A stretch of DNA of 64,000 bases from an uncultured Azospirillum sp. (GTDB lineage Bacteria > Pseudomonadota > Alphaproteobacteria > Rickettsiales > UBA3002), in contig CAZGXX010000001.1 of NCBI GenBank assembly GCA_964530085.1, positions 239,704 to 303,703 of the forward strand. The letters are read 5' to 3'. A program made the translations under genes and the position numbers. Positions 18,269-27,941 of this stretch are shown here, piece after piece; position 1 is the first letter of the stretch, and every line of letters starts with the position of its first letter. The notes below the pieces were generated by a model. That model was given only the letters and a program-made list of their open reading frames with translations. It was not told the origin of the DNA and did not search any database.

Positions 18269-18734
18269 GAAACCTGTTCGGACAATGGTGGCGGTGATGG
18301 GTGTTAGCCTGCTGATAACAGGCTGCGAGCCGATTGTCGATGCCCGCGGCTATAACGCGAATGAAAGCGATTTCAAACAGATTGTGATTGGCCAGAGCCG
18401 CAAGGAGGATGTCGCGGCCATCCTCGGCAGCCCTAGTGCGCGCTCGACCTTTGGCGATGAAACCTGGTATTATATTCAAGCGCGCAAAGAAACGCGCGGC
18501 CTGTTAGCGCCGGAAATTGCCGAGCAGAATGTGGCGGCCATCCATTTCGATGCGAATCAGGTGGTCGCGTCGGTAGATACGCATACGAAGGCGGATTCCG
18601 TGCCGGTGGTGATGGTCGATAAAACCACGCCTACACAAGGCCGCGAGCTTGGGGCGCTCGAACAGCTGCTCGGCAATGTAGGCCGTTTCAGCGCGCCCGG
18701 CCGAGGGATTTCCGATCGCAATATGGGGCGGTAG
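18267..18734 (+). CDS. bamE: Outer membrane protein assembly factor BamE (SmpA/OmlA)
   Basis: Lipobox LLITGC, then GYNANESDFKQIVIGQSRKEDVAAILGSP typical of BamE. Confidence 0.8.
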   Translation: MKPVRTMVAVMGVSLLITGCEPIVDARGYNANESDFKQIVIGQSRKEDVAAILGSPSARSTFGDETWYYIQARKETRGLLAPEIAEQNVAAIHFDANQVVASVDTHTKADSVPVVMVDKTTPTQGRELGALEQLLGNVGRFSAPGRGISDRNMGR

Positions 18735-18758
18735 CAGCGCGGTTCTAGCTGTTAGTTC

Positions 18759-19730
18759 TTACTGGTGCTCCCAGCCAGTGCTTGTGATGGCGATGGGCGC
18801 ACCTGTTTCATCCACCAGTGTAACGGATGTTTCCGCGGTGATTTCGCCGATGCGGGTGAGCGGGAGGCTGAGTTTGTGCGCGAGGGCGGCGATGGCACCG
18901 CGCGCGCTGCGGGGGGCGGTGAAGCATAGCTCGTAATCATCCCCACCGCCGAGGATGCAATCCCATATTTTTTCATCGGCGCGCAGCTGCTGCTGCAATT
19001 CGGGCGAGCGCGGAATGGCGTCACGCGTGACGCGCGCGCCGACATTGCTGGCGCGGCAAAGCTGGGTGATGTCGGCGATGAGCCCATCCGAAATATCGAG
19101 CGCGGCGGTGGCGATGCCACCGAGTGCGGCACCGAGCGCGAGGCGCGGCGTGGGGGCGTGGTAGCGGGTGGTGAGGAAGTCGTGATTCATCATTCGTGAT
19201 TCGTCATTCGAAAGGACTAATTTCAACCCCAGTGCTGCATCGCCGATGCTGCCGCTGACATAGAGGTCGTCGCCCGCCTGTGCGCCGCTGCGGCGTAGTG
19301 GCGCGGTGCCGACGAGGCCGAAGCAGGTGAGGGTGGTATGGATGGGTGCACCATGCGCGCCGCTGGTCGAATCTCCGCCCACGAGCGTGAGGCCGAACTT
19401 TTTTTGCTCCGCGGCGAGGGTGGCGGCGAAGGCGGCGAACCAGTCATCCGCAAGCCCGCGGGGTGTGTGGAGGTTGAGCGTGTAACACCACGGCGTTGCC
19501 CCCATCGCCGCGAGGTCGGAGAGGTTGCGACGCATGAGCTTTTGCGCGAATTGTTCGGGCGTGGCGGCAGGCAACACGTGGATACCCTCGATCACGCTAT
19601 CGGTCGTGATGATGAGCTGCGCTCCAGTGGGCGGGGTGAGTAGTGCTGCATCGTCTGTCAGTGCAAAACTACCCGGCTCACCCGCTGCAAGCGGTGCGAA
19701 GTAACGGGCGATGCGGGAATGTTCAGCCAT
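18759..19730 (-). CDS. thiL: Thiamine-monophosphate kinase
   Basis: LTDDAALL, TTDSVIEGIHV, GGDSTS and ALDISDGL motifs. Confidence 0.9.
   Translation of the reverse strand: MAEHSRIARYFAPLAAGEPGSFALTDDAALLTPPTGAQLIITTDSVIEGIHVLPAATPEQFAQKLMRRNLSDLAAMGATPWCYTLNLHTPRGLADDWFAAFAATLAAEQKKFGLTLVGGDSTSGAHGAPIHTTLTCFGLVGTAPLRRSGAQAGDDLYVSGSIGDAALGLKLVLSNDESRMMNHDFLTTRYHAPTPRLALGAALGGIATAALDISDGLIADITQLCRASNVGARVTRDAIPRSPELQQQLRADEKIWDCILGGGDDYELCFTAPRSARGAIAALAHKLSLPLTRIGEITAETSVTLVDETGAPIAITSTGWEHQ
19182..19209 (-). repeat. Heptanucleotide tandem array inside thiL: (GTGATTC ATCATTC)(GTGATTC GTCATTC)
   Basis: Two 14-mers that are 13/14 identical. AT-rich patch in a GC-rich gene. Translated as NDESRMMNH. 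Confidence 0.8.
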
Positions 19731-20205
19731 GCGCCGGGCGCAGCGCGCCGAGCAGCAGGTTGAAGGCTTTGTGCGCGTATTGCAGCTCTTCGTCGGTGAC
19801 GAGCTGCGCGGCGACTTCGGTATATTCGTCGACCAGCATGGCGGCGGCGCGGTCGGGGTAGGCGATCACCTCCGCCGCGAAGGCACGTAAGCAAGCGAGC
19901 AACGGCAGGCTGGTGCGCGCTTTGCTCCAGTTCGGCAGAATTAGCGCGTCGATCGCCGCTTCGATGGCATCGGCATTTTTCTGCGATGACTCGACCAACG
20001 TGTTGAGCAGTGCGGCTTCCGGCTGCGTGGCGTGCGGTAGGTCATCCGCATCGTTCGCTTTGCTGTCGACCCAGGATTCCAGAATCCGCGCGACCATGAG
20101 GGCAGGTAGGCTTTTCTTTTCGATCAGTGCTTCGGAATAGAGCGCTTGCGCGGCAGCAAGGCGCGAAGCGCGCTTACGCATCAGGGATTTGCGGGGTGCG
20201 TTCAT
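19723..20205 (-). CDS. nusB: Transcription antitermination factor NusB
   Basis: Start moved to ATG 20205 (ATGA overlap with the ribH stop). RLAAAQALY motif. ribH-nusB-thiL order. Confidence 0.85.
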   Translation of the reverse strand: MNAPRKSLMRKRASRLAAAQALYSEALIEKKSLPALMVARILESWVDSKANDADDLPHATQPEAALLNTLVESSQKNADAIEAAIDALILPNWSKARTSLPLLACLRAFAAEVIAYPDRAAAMLVDEYTEVAAQLVTDEELQYAHKAFNLLLGALRPAHG

Positions 20206-20657
20206 GCGGACTCTAGCCCGAACATCTGACGAATTTGCGTCATGCGGATGGCGGCGTTTGCGGCTTCGCCGCCTTTGTTGCCTTGCGACGGGTCGGCACG
20301 CAGCACGGCTTGCGCCATGTTCTCGCAGGTGAGGATGCCGTTGCCGATGGCCGCATGGGTGGCGAGCGCGAGCTGCTGCAAGCCGCGCGCAGATTCGTTG
20401 ATGACAATGTCGTAATGCGAGGTGTCGCCGCGCACTACGCATCCGAGTGCCACAAAGCCCGCATAGCGGTTGCTGGCGATGGCGATGTTGATGGCCGCCG
20501 GAATTTCGAGCGCGCCGGGCACGGTAATCATTTCGCTGGTGAAACCGGCATTGGCGAGGGTTGCCGTTGCGCCCGCCGCAAGCATTTCGCTCACCTCTTC
20601 ATAGTAAGGGGCGATGACGATCAGAAACGGTTTCGAAGCGAGAGAGAAGGTTTGCAT
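20202..20657 (-). CDS. ribH: 6,7-dimethyl-8-ribityllumazine synthase
   Basis: VPGALEIP ... GCVVRGDTSHYD motifs. Confidence 0.93.
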   Translation of the reverse strand: MQTFSLASKPFLIVIAPYYEEVSEMLAAGATATLANAGFTSEMITVPGALEIPAAINIAIASNRYAGFVALGCVVRGDTSHYDIVINESARGLQQLALATHAAIGNGILTCENMAQAVLRADPSQGNKGGEAANAAIRMTQIRQMFGLESA

Positions 20658-20662
20658 AAGGC

Positions 20663-21760
20663 TTACATAGAGCGGTAGCCGGAAATCTGCAACCCGTAAC
20701 CTTCGAGGCCGACAATCATTTTTGGGGTGTTGGTAATCAGCGTCATTTCACGGACGCCAAGATCGACGAGGATTTGCGCGCCAATGCCGTAATCGCGCAG
20801 GATCGGTGTCGCCGGTTCCTCGCCACGTTTGCGGCGCAGGCCGTCCGACGCGGCGGTGCGACGCGGCTCGCGCAGCAGCACCAGCACGCCGGCGCCTGCT
20901 TCGTGGATCATCGTCATCGCGCGGTGGAGGCCGCCCGCGCGGCCATGCGCCGTGTCGCCCAGCACATCGCCCAGCACATCGAGCGTATGCATGCGCACGA
21001 GCGCCGCGCCTTGAGGCGGAATTTTATTTTTTACCAGCGCGATATGCTCGGCGTAGCTGGGTGATTGCGCGTAGGCGATGCAGGTGAAATCGCCTGCGAA
21101 TGAGGTGCTGATCGTGCTTTCGACGAGGCGGTTGACGAGCTTTTCGGCGCGGCGGCGATAAGCGATGAGATCGGCTATCGTGCCGATTTTAAGGCGGTGT
21201 TCGGCGGCGAATTTCAGCAAGTCCGGCAAGCGCGCCATGGTGCCGTCGTCGTTCATGATTTCGCAGATGACGCCCGCGCTGTTCAGCCCCGCGAGGCGGG
21301 AGATATCGACCGCGGCCTCGGTGTGCCCAGCGCGCACCAGCACGCCACCTTCGCGCGCTTCAAGTGGGAAGATATGGCCGGGAGAGGCGATGTCGGCAGG
21401 CACGGCGGCGGGGTTGATCGCGGCCTCGATGGTGCGGGCGCGGTCGGCGGCGGAGATGCCGGTGGTGACGCCCTCGCGCGCCTCGATCGAGACGGTAAAC
21501 GCAGTGGAGTGACGCGAGGAATTATGCCGCGCCATCGGCGGCAGGCCGAGTTTTTCGACCTGCGCTTTCTCCAGCGCGAGGCAGATGAGGCCACGCCCAT
21601 GCTTGGCCATGAAGTTGACCGCCGCCGCATCCGCAAACTGCGCGGGGATGACGAGATCGCCCTCGTTCTCGCGGTTTTCGTCATCGACCAGAATGACCAT
21701 GCGCCCTGCGCGTGCATCCGCGATGATGTCTTCGATGGGGGAGATGGTGGTCATACGCAT
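20663..21760 (-). CDS. ribBA: Bifunctional 3,4-dihydroxy-2-butanone-4-phosphate synthase / GTP cyclohydrolase II
   Basis: [19 protein letters not shown] and a C-terminal [10 protein letters not shown] domain. Confidence 0.93.
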   Translation of the reverse strand: MRMTTISPIEDIIADARAGRMVILVDDENRENEGDLVIPAQFADAAAVNFMAKHGRGLICLALEKAQVEKLGLPPMARHNSSRHSTAFTVSIEAREGVTTGISAADRARTIEAAINPAAVPADIASPGHIFPLEAREGGVLVRAGHTEAAVDISRLAGLNSAGVICEIMNDDGTMARLPDLLKFAAEHRLKIGTIADLIAYRRRAEKLVNRLVESTISTSFAGDFTCIAYAQSPSYAEHIALVKNKIPPQGAALVRMHTLDVLGDVLGDTAHGRAGGLHRAMTMIHEAGAGVLVLLREPRRTAASDGLRRKRGEEPATPILRDYGIGAQILVDLGVREMTLITNTPKMIVGLEGYGLQISGYRSM

Positions 21761-22356
21761 TCCTTTAGTCGGGCGGCATAGCGCGCCAGCATGTCGATTT
21801 CAATATTTACCTGCTGCCCCACGGAGAGTGTTTTGAAGCAGGTGACCTCGGCCGTGTGGGGGATGATGTTGACGGTGAAGAGCGCGGGTTTTGCATCCGT
21901 CGCGATATCCTTCACGCTGTTCACCGTTAGCGATACACCATCAATCGTGATGGAGCCTTTGGGCGCGATGAATTTTGCCAGTGCGTGCGGCACCTCGAAT
22001 TCCCAGATGGTGGAGTCACCGGATTTCTCGCTGCGGGTCACTTTTGCAACGCCGTCTACGTGACCGGACACAAAATGCCCGCCCATCGCATCACCGACGC
22101 GAAGCGAGGGTTCAAGGTTGACGCGTGTGCCGACCGCCCATTGCGCCGCCGTGGTGCAGGCCAGTGTCTCAGCGGACATGCTGGCTTTGAAAACATTACC
22201 ATCGAGATGCGTGACGGTGAGGCAGATGCCGTTGACGGCAATGGAATCGCCGAGCGCCGCGGCGAAGGGTTCGTGCATCACCACCGCGATGACGCGGTCG
22301 CCACGTTGATCGACGCGGCGGATTTCGCCCGTGGTTTTTATGAGGCCTGTGAACAT
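21751..22356 (-). CDS. ribE: Riboflavin synthase (alpha chain)
   Basis: MFTGLIKTTGEI, SIAVNGICLTV and a duplicated SITIDGVSLTV lumazine-binding repeat. Confidence 0.9.
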   Translation of the reverse strand: MFTGLIKTTGEIRRVDQRGDRVIAVVMHEPFAAALGDSIAVNGICLTVTHLDGNVFKASMSAETLACTTAAQWAVGTRVNLEPSLRVGDAMGGHFVSGHVDGVAKVTRSEKSGDSTIWEFEVPHALAKFIAPKGSITIDGVSLTVNSVKDIATDAKPALFTVNIIPHTAEVTCFKTLSVGQQVNIEIDMLARYAARLKECV

Positions 22357-23444
22357 GCGTGTATCTCGTAACAATCGTAGCGGTCGGTGCTGAGCGCGCG
22401 GGATTCACGGTGGGTGAAGCGCGCGGCATCGGCGAGGGATGTATCTAGCCCAGCAATTGCGGATGTGCCAGCATTTCCGAGCAGCAGCGGCGCGCGATAC
22501 CAATGGAGCGTATCGACCGCATCGGCCGCGAGGAAGGCGGTGGTGAGTGTAGGCCCGGCTTCCACCAACAGGCGGGTGATGCCTGCCTGCCCAAGGGTGT
22601 GAAGGATGGTGGCGGGCGCGAGGGTGTTGTCTTCCACGATGTGCAACACCACGCCGCGTTCGCGCAGGTCGGTGGCGTGGCTTGCGGCCTGTTCTACTGC
22701 TTCGGCGCTGGTGACAACCCAGACGGGTTGTGCTTCGGCGGATTTGACGAGCTTACTTGTCAAAGGCAGGCGAAGTCTGCGGTCGGCGATGATGCGCGGC
22801 TGGTGGCGGCAATCGATGCCGGGCAGGCGCACGGTAAGCTCGGGGTCGTCGGCGAGCGCGGTGCCGATGCCGGTGAGTATCGCGTCGAACTGCGCGCGGA
22901 GGCGATGGGCATGGCTGCGCGCCGCGCCGCTGGTGATCCATTGGCTCTGGCCGGTGGCGTCGGCGATCTGCCCGTCGAGCGAACTCGCGATTTTCGCTGC
23001 GACATAGGGGATGCCGTTTTGCACGCGAGAGAAAAAGCCGTCATGTGCCATGACAGGCATATTTTTTTGCTCAACGATAATTCCCGCTGCTTCCAACATC
23101 GCGATGCCTTTGCCGCTGACGCGCGGGTCGGGGTCGGTTTGCCCGATGACGACACGGGTGATGCCCGCGGCGATGAGCGCCTCGGCGCAGGGTGGGGTTT
23201 GGCCGTGATGGGCGCAAGGCTCCAGCGTCACATAAGCCGTGGCGCCACGTGCGGCGGCAGTGCCTGCCGACGCGAGAGCAATAGCTTCAGCATGTGGCCT
23301 GCCACCATCGCCTGTGCGCGCAGCGGCGATAACTTCGTTATTTTTAACAAGAACACACCCGACAGAAGGATTGGGCGCCGTGCGCCCCAGGCCGCGTGCG
23401 GCCATGCGGGCGGCGTGGGCGAGGAACTGCGCGTCGTGCTGCAT
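22338..23444 (-). CDS. ribD: Bifunctional riboflavin deaminase/reductase RibD
   Basis: Deaminase zinc motifs HAEAIAL and PCAHHGQTPPC. Start at ATG 23444, just downstream of the nrdR stop. Confidence 0.9.
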   Translation of the reverse strand: MQHDAQFLAHAARMAARGLGRTAPNPSVGCVLVKNNEVIAAARTGDGGRPHAEAIALASAGTAAARGATAYVTLEPCAHHGQTPPCAEALIAAGITRVVIGQTDPDPRVSGKGIAMLEAAGIIVEQKNMPVMAHDGFFSRVQNGIPYVAAKIASSLDGQIADATGQSQWITSGAARSHAHRLRAQFDAILTGIGTALADDPELTVRLPGIDCRHQPRIIADRRLRLPLTSKLVKSAEAQPVWVVTSAEAVEQAASHATDLRERGVVLHIVEDNTLAPATILHTLGQAGITRLLVEAGPTLTTAFLAADAVDTLHWYRAPLLLGNAGTSAIAGLDTSLADAARFTHRESRALSTDRYDCYEIHACSQAS

Positions 23445-23445
23445 G

Positions 23446-23889
23446 CTAGAGTTTTTCGACGAAGGTCTCGAAATCCTCGGCGTCGGAGAAATCGCGGTAG
23501 ACGCTGGCGTAGCGGATATAGGCGACGGCATCGAGTTTCTTGAGCTCGCTCATCACCAGCGAACCGATATGTTTGGTCGCGATGTCGGACTCGCCTTCGG
23601 ATTCGAGCTTCTGCACGATACGGTTGATCGCCATCTCGACCTGCTCGGCCTCCACCGGGCGTTTGCGCAGGGCGATCGCCATCGACTTCGCGATTTTCTC
23701 GCGGTCGAACACGCGCTTCTCGCCGTTGCTTTTCAGCACTGTCAGCTCGCGTAGTTGCACGCGCTCGAAGGTGGTGAAACGCGATTCGCACGAGGGGCAA
23801 TAGCGCCGCCGACGGATCGACGAACCATCCTCTGACGGGCGGCTGTCTTTGACTTGGGTGTCTTCGTGGTTACAGAAGGGGCAGCGCAT
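23446..23889 (-). CDS. nrdR: Transcriptional repressor NrdR
   Basis: [17 protein letters not shown] ... CPSC zinc ribbon plus ATP-cone. Confidence 0.95.
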   Translation of the reverse strand: MRCPFCNHEDTQVKDSRPSEDGSSIRRRRYCPSCESRFTTFERVQLRELTVLKSNGEKRVFDREKIAKSMAIALRKRPVEAEQVEMAINRIVQKLESEGESDIATKHIGSLVMSELKKLDAVAYIRYASVYRDFSDAEDFETFVEKL

Positions 23890-23891
23890 GG

Positions 23892-24857
23892 TTAGTTCTC
23901 CGTAGCGGAAACAGGGGGTGATTTTTTGGCGAATTGCAGGGCGAAGGGGGTGTTCTTCAGCCAGCGTTCGGTGATGACGAGGAAGAGCGCGCTGAGGAGA
24001 ACGGTTGCAGTCATTGAGAGAACCGCGACGTTGCAGTATCCGGCTATGAATCCGTATATGCTTTTGAAGCGGTCATGGTGGATGAGTTGACCAATAGCGA
24101 TGAGCAGAGCCACGAGCGTTGGAACTGCATACCCGCTGCGCAGCGCCCATAGGTAATATGTTTTGCGTGACACGGGCTTTTTACTGGTAGCGCAACGGGC
24201 TATGTAGAGCCCAGGCATCCATGGGCAGAGTGCGACTAGCGCAATCAAGTGACAGACGAAATAACCAAGGATTTTTCGGCCAGTTCCATCGGAAGGGTCA
24301 AGGAACCATAAGGTGAGAGGCAGCGCTGCGATCGCAGGAATACCAAGTATGTAAAGCAGCATGATGTTGGAGAAAATCGAAGGCTGGCTCTGCTTCTCGG
24401 GTGCAATATGCGCGTAGGGATTGTCCACGGGCGTGATACGCACGCCGAGCATTTTATAGGCGAGGAAGAGACTTCCGGCAACGCCGAATAGAGCATCTAT
24501 CGGCTCTGCGGGTGATTGGACGTCTGTAATTATTTGTAGAATGCGCAAGTTAAAAAGAGCAGTCAGCGCGTAATATGTGAGTGGTCGGAAGCTACGCTGG
24601 TTTAGGCTACAGAAGCCCCGGTAAAGCGCACAGACAAAAGCGGAGCTAAGGGTGATAACATACGAAGCGATTACTCCCATTATCAGCATTCCAAGAAGCG
24701 CAGCTGGATATTGTGATGGCGAAATCGAAGTGGTTTCGTGTGCTGTTAAGTTTGCATCAATTATCAAACCCAAACCAATAATCGGCGCTGCAAACAGCGG
24801 TCCCACCAGCAGGTAGCGCCAGACGGTGTAGATGAATAGTTTAGATTCTGGTTTCAT
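23892..24857 (-). CDS. Polytopic membrane protein, internally duplicated (unknown function)
   Basis: About 8 TM helices. The two halves share LY-x3-C-x7-8-R-x1-2-TYY-x2-AL. Low G+C. Only 2 nt from the nrdR start. Confidence 0.6.
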   Translation of the reverse strand: MKPESKLFIYTVWRYLLVGPLFAAPIIGLGLIIDANLTAHETTSISPSQYPAALLGMLIMGVIASYVITLSSAFVCALYRGFCSLNQRSFRPLTYYALTALFNLRILQIITDVQSPAEPIDALFGVAGSLFLAYKMLGVRITPVDNPYAHIAPEKQSQPSIFSNIMLLYILGIPAIAALPLTLWFLDPSDGTGRKILGYFVCHLIALVALCPWMPGLYIARCATSKKPVSRKTYYLWALRSGYAVPTLVALLIAIGQLIHHDRFKSIYGFIAGYCNVAVLSMTATVLLSALFLVITERWLKNTPFALQFAKKSPPVSATEN

Positions 24858-24880
24858 TTATATACCCACTGCTACGGCGT

Positions 24881-25114
24881 TTATCGGCTTTTAGATTCCT
24901 CTAACGGGTTTCCTTGCCCCATGCTTGACAAGCCATCGGTGGGAAGGTTGCCGTATTTATCGGTGAAAGCATCGGCGCGGGTGTTGATGACCGCTTGTTT
25001 GAGGCGCCCCTGAATATAGGCCTCAACAATGGCTTTATGATCCGGCGGAAGATTGGATAGAATCTTGCCGAAGTCTTGTTCTAGTTCTTCAAAATTTTCT
25101 TGAGGATTATCCAC
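24881..25114 (-). CDS. Small acidic hypothetical protein (77 aa)
   Basis: GTG start with AGGAG 6 nt upstream, overlapping the glyA stop. No family recognised. Confidence 0.45.
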   Translation of the reverse strand: MDNPQENFEELEQDFGKILSNLPPDHKAIVEAYIQGRLKQAVINTRADAFTDKYGNLPTDGLSSMGQGNPLEESKSR

Positions 25115-25123
25115 TTTCTACTC

Positions 25124-26464
25124 CTAATAAATCGGAAACTGTTGGGTGAGGGCATCGACCTTTGTGCGGGCGGTGCGTTCGGCGGTGCTATTATCGTCGG
25201 GGTTTGTGCTTAAGCCATCCAGCACATCGCCGATGAGGTTGCCGATTTCTTCGAACTCACGCGCACCGAAACCTCTTGTTGTACCCGCTGGGGTACCCAG
25301 CCGGATGCCGCTGGTGATGAATGGCGAGGCCGGGTCGAATGGAATCGAGTTTTTATTGCAGGTGAGACCAGCGCGTTCGAGCGACGCCTCGGCTGCTTTG
25401 CCGGTGACGTTTTTCGGGCGGAGGTCGACGAGCACGAGATGGTTATCCGTGCCGCCGGAAACGATGGAGAGGCCACGCGCGGTGAGGGTGGCGGCGAGGG
25501 TTTTGGCATTGGCGGCGACCGCGTTGATGTAGGCGGTGAATTCCGGCGTCAGCGCCTCGCCAAAGGCCACCGCTTTTGCGGCCATGACATGCACCAGCGG
25601 CCCGCCCTGAATGCCGGGGAAGATGGCACTGTTCAGCGCCATCTCGAGCGTTTGGTCTTTGCCCGCCGCGGTTTTGCCGATGACCAGCTCGCCCATCGCG
25701 GAGAGGATCATCCCCCCACGTGGCCCGCGCAGGGTTTTATGGGTGGTGGTGGTGGCAACATGCGCGTGCGGCAGTGGCGAAGGGTATGCCCCCGTGGCGA
25801 TGAGGCCGGAGACATGCGCCATATCCGCCATGAAATAAGCACCGACCGAATCGGCGATCGCACGGAAACGCGCCCAGTCGATCACGCGGCTATAGGCCGA
25901 GAAACCGGCGATGATGAGTTTGGGTTTATGCTCCTTCGCGAGCTGCTCGACCTGGTCGTAATCGATGAGGTGGGTGTCTTCGCGCACGCCGTATTGCACG
26001 GCGTTGAACCATTTGCCGGACTGGTTGACGGAGGCACCGTGGGTGAGGTGACCGCCCGCGGCGAGCGAGTGGCCGAGGATGGTATCACCCGGTTTGAGCA
26101 GCGCGTTGAACACGCCCTGGTTGGCTTGTGAGCCGCTGTTGGGCTGCACGTTGGCGTAGTTGCACTTGAAGAGCTGCTTCGCGCGGTCGATGGCGAGCTG
26201 CTCGGCGACATCGGCGAATTCGCAGCCGCCGTAATAGCGTTTGCCGGGATAGCCTTCGGCGTATTTGTTGGTGAAGACGGAGCCTTGCGCCTCGAGCACG
26301 GCGCGGCTGACGATGTTCTCCGACGCGATCAGCTCGATGCCGTTCTGCTGGCGCGCGAGTTCGTGGCTGATGGCAGCGGCGATGGCGGGGTCGCTTTGTT
26401 TTAGCGATGCGGTGAAGTGCGTGTTGGTCATGGCTTCCTCGAGTTTACGTGCGGTGTTGGTCAT
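25124..26464 (-). CDS. glyA: Serine hydroxymethyltransferase
   Basis: PLP-lysine motif [14 protein letters not shown]. An alternative in-frame ATG at 26431 has a better SD (GAGGAAG). Confidence 0.95.
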   Translation of the reverse strand: MTNTARKLEEAMTNTHFTASLKQSDPAIAAAISHELARQQNGIELIASENIVSRAVLEAQGSVFTNKYAEGYPGKRYYGGCEFADVAEQLAIDRAKQLFKCNYANVQPNSGSQANQGVFNALLKPGDTILGHSLAAGGHLTHGASVNQSGKWFNAVQYGVREDTHLIDYDQVEQLAKEHKPKLIIAGFSAYSRVIDWARFRAIADSVGAYFMADMAHVSGLIATGAYPSPLPHAHVATTTTHKTLRGPRGGMILSAMGELVIGKTAAGKDQTLEMALNSAIFPGIQGGPLVHVMAAKAVAFGEALTPEFTAYINAVAANAKTLAATLTARGLSIVSGGTDNHLVLVDLRPKNVTGKAAEASLERAGLTCNKNSIPFDPASPFITSGIRLGTPAGTTRGFGAREFEEIGNLIGDVLDGLSTNPDDNSTAERTARTKVDALTQQFPIY

Positions 26465-26494
26465 GCTGTGTCTCGTTGTTGTGAGGGTGAATGG

Positions 26495-26926
26495 TTATCC
26501 TAATTTCTCCACGCGCGCCGTGTGGCGGCCGCCTTCGAAATCGGTGGTGAGAAAACGGCGGACGCATTCGGCGGCGTCGGTGTCGGAAATGAAGCGCGCG
26601 CCGAGGGCAAGGATGTTGGCGTCGTTATGCTGGCGGGCGAGGCTGGCCATTTCCGGCGTGTGGCAGAGTGCGGCGCGGATGTCGGGCACGCGGTTGGCAG
26701 CGATGGAGATGCCGATGCCCGAACCGCAGATGATGATGGCGTAGCGCGCCTTACCTTGCGCGACTGAATCGGCAGCGCGGCGGCCATAGTCTGGGTAATC
26801 GACGGAATCAGTATTATCCGTACCGAGATTGAGGAGGGTGAAGCCACACGCCGCAACAACCGGCGCAAGCGCTGCTTTCAGCGCCACGCCCGCGTGGTCA
26901 TTCGCGATGGCTACTACGTTATCCAA
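26495..26926 (-). CDS. rpiB: Ribose-5-phosphate isomerase B
   Basis: IANDHAG, IICGSGIGISIAANR and ARQHNDANILALGARF motifs. Confidence 0.9.
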   Translation of the reverse strand: MDNVVAIANDHAGVALKAALAPVVAACGFTLLNLGTDNTDSVDYPDYGRRAADSVAQGKARYAIIICGSGIGISIAANRVPDIRAALCHTPEMASLARQHNDANILALGARFISDTDAAECVRRFLTTDFEGGRHTARVEKLG

Positions 26927-27059
26927 AATACTTTATCCGATGCGTTTGTTTTTTATTGGTCTGTCATCTTAGCGATGGCATGACGCCACTACATATAGTA
27001 TGTGGTGACCGATCAATGCCACGAAGCTGTGGATAACGCAACCGTTGAAATGGGGTTAA

Positions 27060-27827
27060 ATGGCGCTTTCTGTCCTCATCATGGCCGCGATCCTCGGCGC
27101 CTCGGTCGGCTCGTTTCTCACGCTCATCACCTATCGCCTGCCGCGCGACGAGAAAATCGGCATGACGCGCTCGCGCTGCCCCGCCTGCCAAAACACACTC
27201 CGTGTGCGGGATTTATTCCCGATACTCTCGTGGGTTATGACGCGTGGACGGTGCGGTCAGTGTGGCACAAAGGTGAGTGCGCGCTACCCGCTGACGGAGC
27301 TGGCATGCGCGGGTGCGGCGCTGGCGGCGGTGATGGGTTATGGCCTGAGTTGGCAGGCGCTCGCGCTCGCCGGGCTGCTGTGGTCGATCGTGGCGATTAT
27401 TGTGACGGATCTGGAGCACACCATCATCCTCGACGAAGTGCAGATTGCGATCGGCCTGTTCGGTGCGCTGTTTGGCTGGGCGAACGGCGTGGAATGGGCG
27501 GATATGCTGGCGGGCGCGGTGACGGGGGCGGCGATTGGCCTCAGCCTCAAATACGGATTTCTGTATTTCCGCAACAAAGACGGGCTCGGCATGGGCGATG
27601 TGAAATTCCTCGCTGTCGCCGGAATTTGGCTCGCCGATGCGGCGAATTTTGTGCCGTTTTTGTTCTTCTCCGGCCTGCTTGGCATCGCCTCCGGCCTCAT
27701 TTGGAAGGCACTAGGGTTGGGGGAGCGGTTTCCGTTTGGCCCGGCACTCGCACTGGCACTACTGTTATGCATTGTGAAGCCCGACGCGGCCAATGGTTTC
27801 TGGCAGCTTTACGGCCTGCTGCGCTAG
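27060..27827 (+). CDS. Prepilin leader peptidase / N-methyltransferase (peptidase A24)
   Basis: CPACQ...CGQCG zinc motif in the cytoplasmic loop, GMGDVKF active-site Asp motif, polytopic membrane protein. Confidence 0.85.
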   Translation: MALSVLIMAAILGASVGSFLTLITYRLPRDEKIGMTRSRCPACQNTLRVRDLFPILSWVMTRGRCGQCGTKVSARYPLTELACAGAALAAVMGYGLSWQALALAGLLWSIVAIIVTDLEHTIILDEVQIAIGLFGALFGWANGVEWADMLAGAVTGAAIGLSLKYGFLYFRNKDGLGMGDVKFLAVAGIWLADAANFVPFLFFSGLLGIASGLIWKALGLGERFPFGPALALALLLCIVKPDAANGFWQLYGLLR

Positions 27828-27941
27828 GCTATTTCCGCCCGCCGAGGCAAAAACATCCTGTGGGTAACTCGACAAACATGTTGTGACTGCACCCCCCCCT
27901 TGCTACTACATATGGGGTAGAAAGACCTATAAGGGTACGCG

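Noticed and set aside
27038-27046. Perfect DnaA-box 9-mer TGTGGATAA (TTATCCACA) 14 nt upstream of the prepilin peptidase gene
   Set aside because: A single 9-mer is expected about 0.5 times by chance in 64 kb on both strands. There is no cluster of boxes, no AT-rich unwinding element and no origin-type context.
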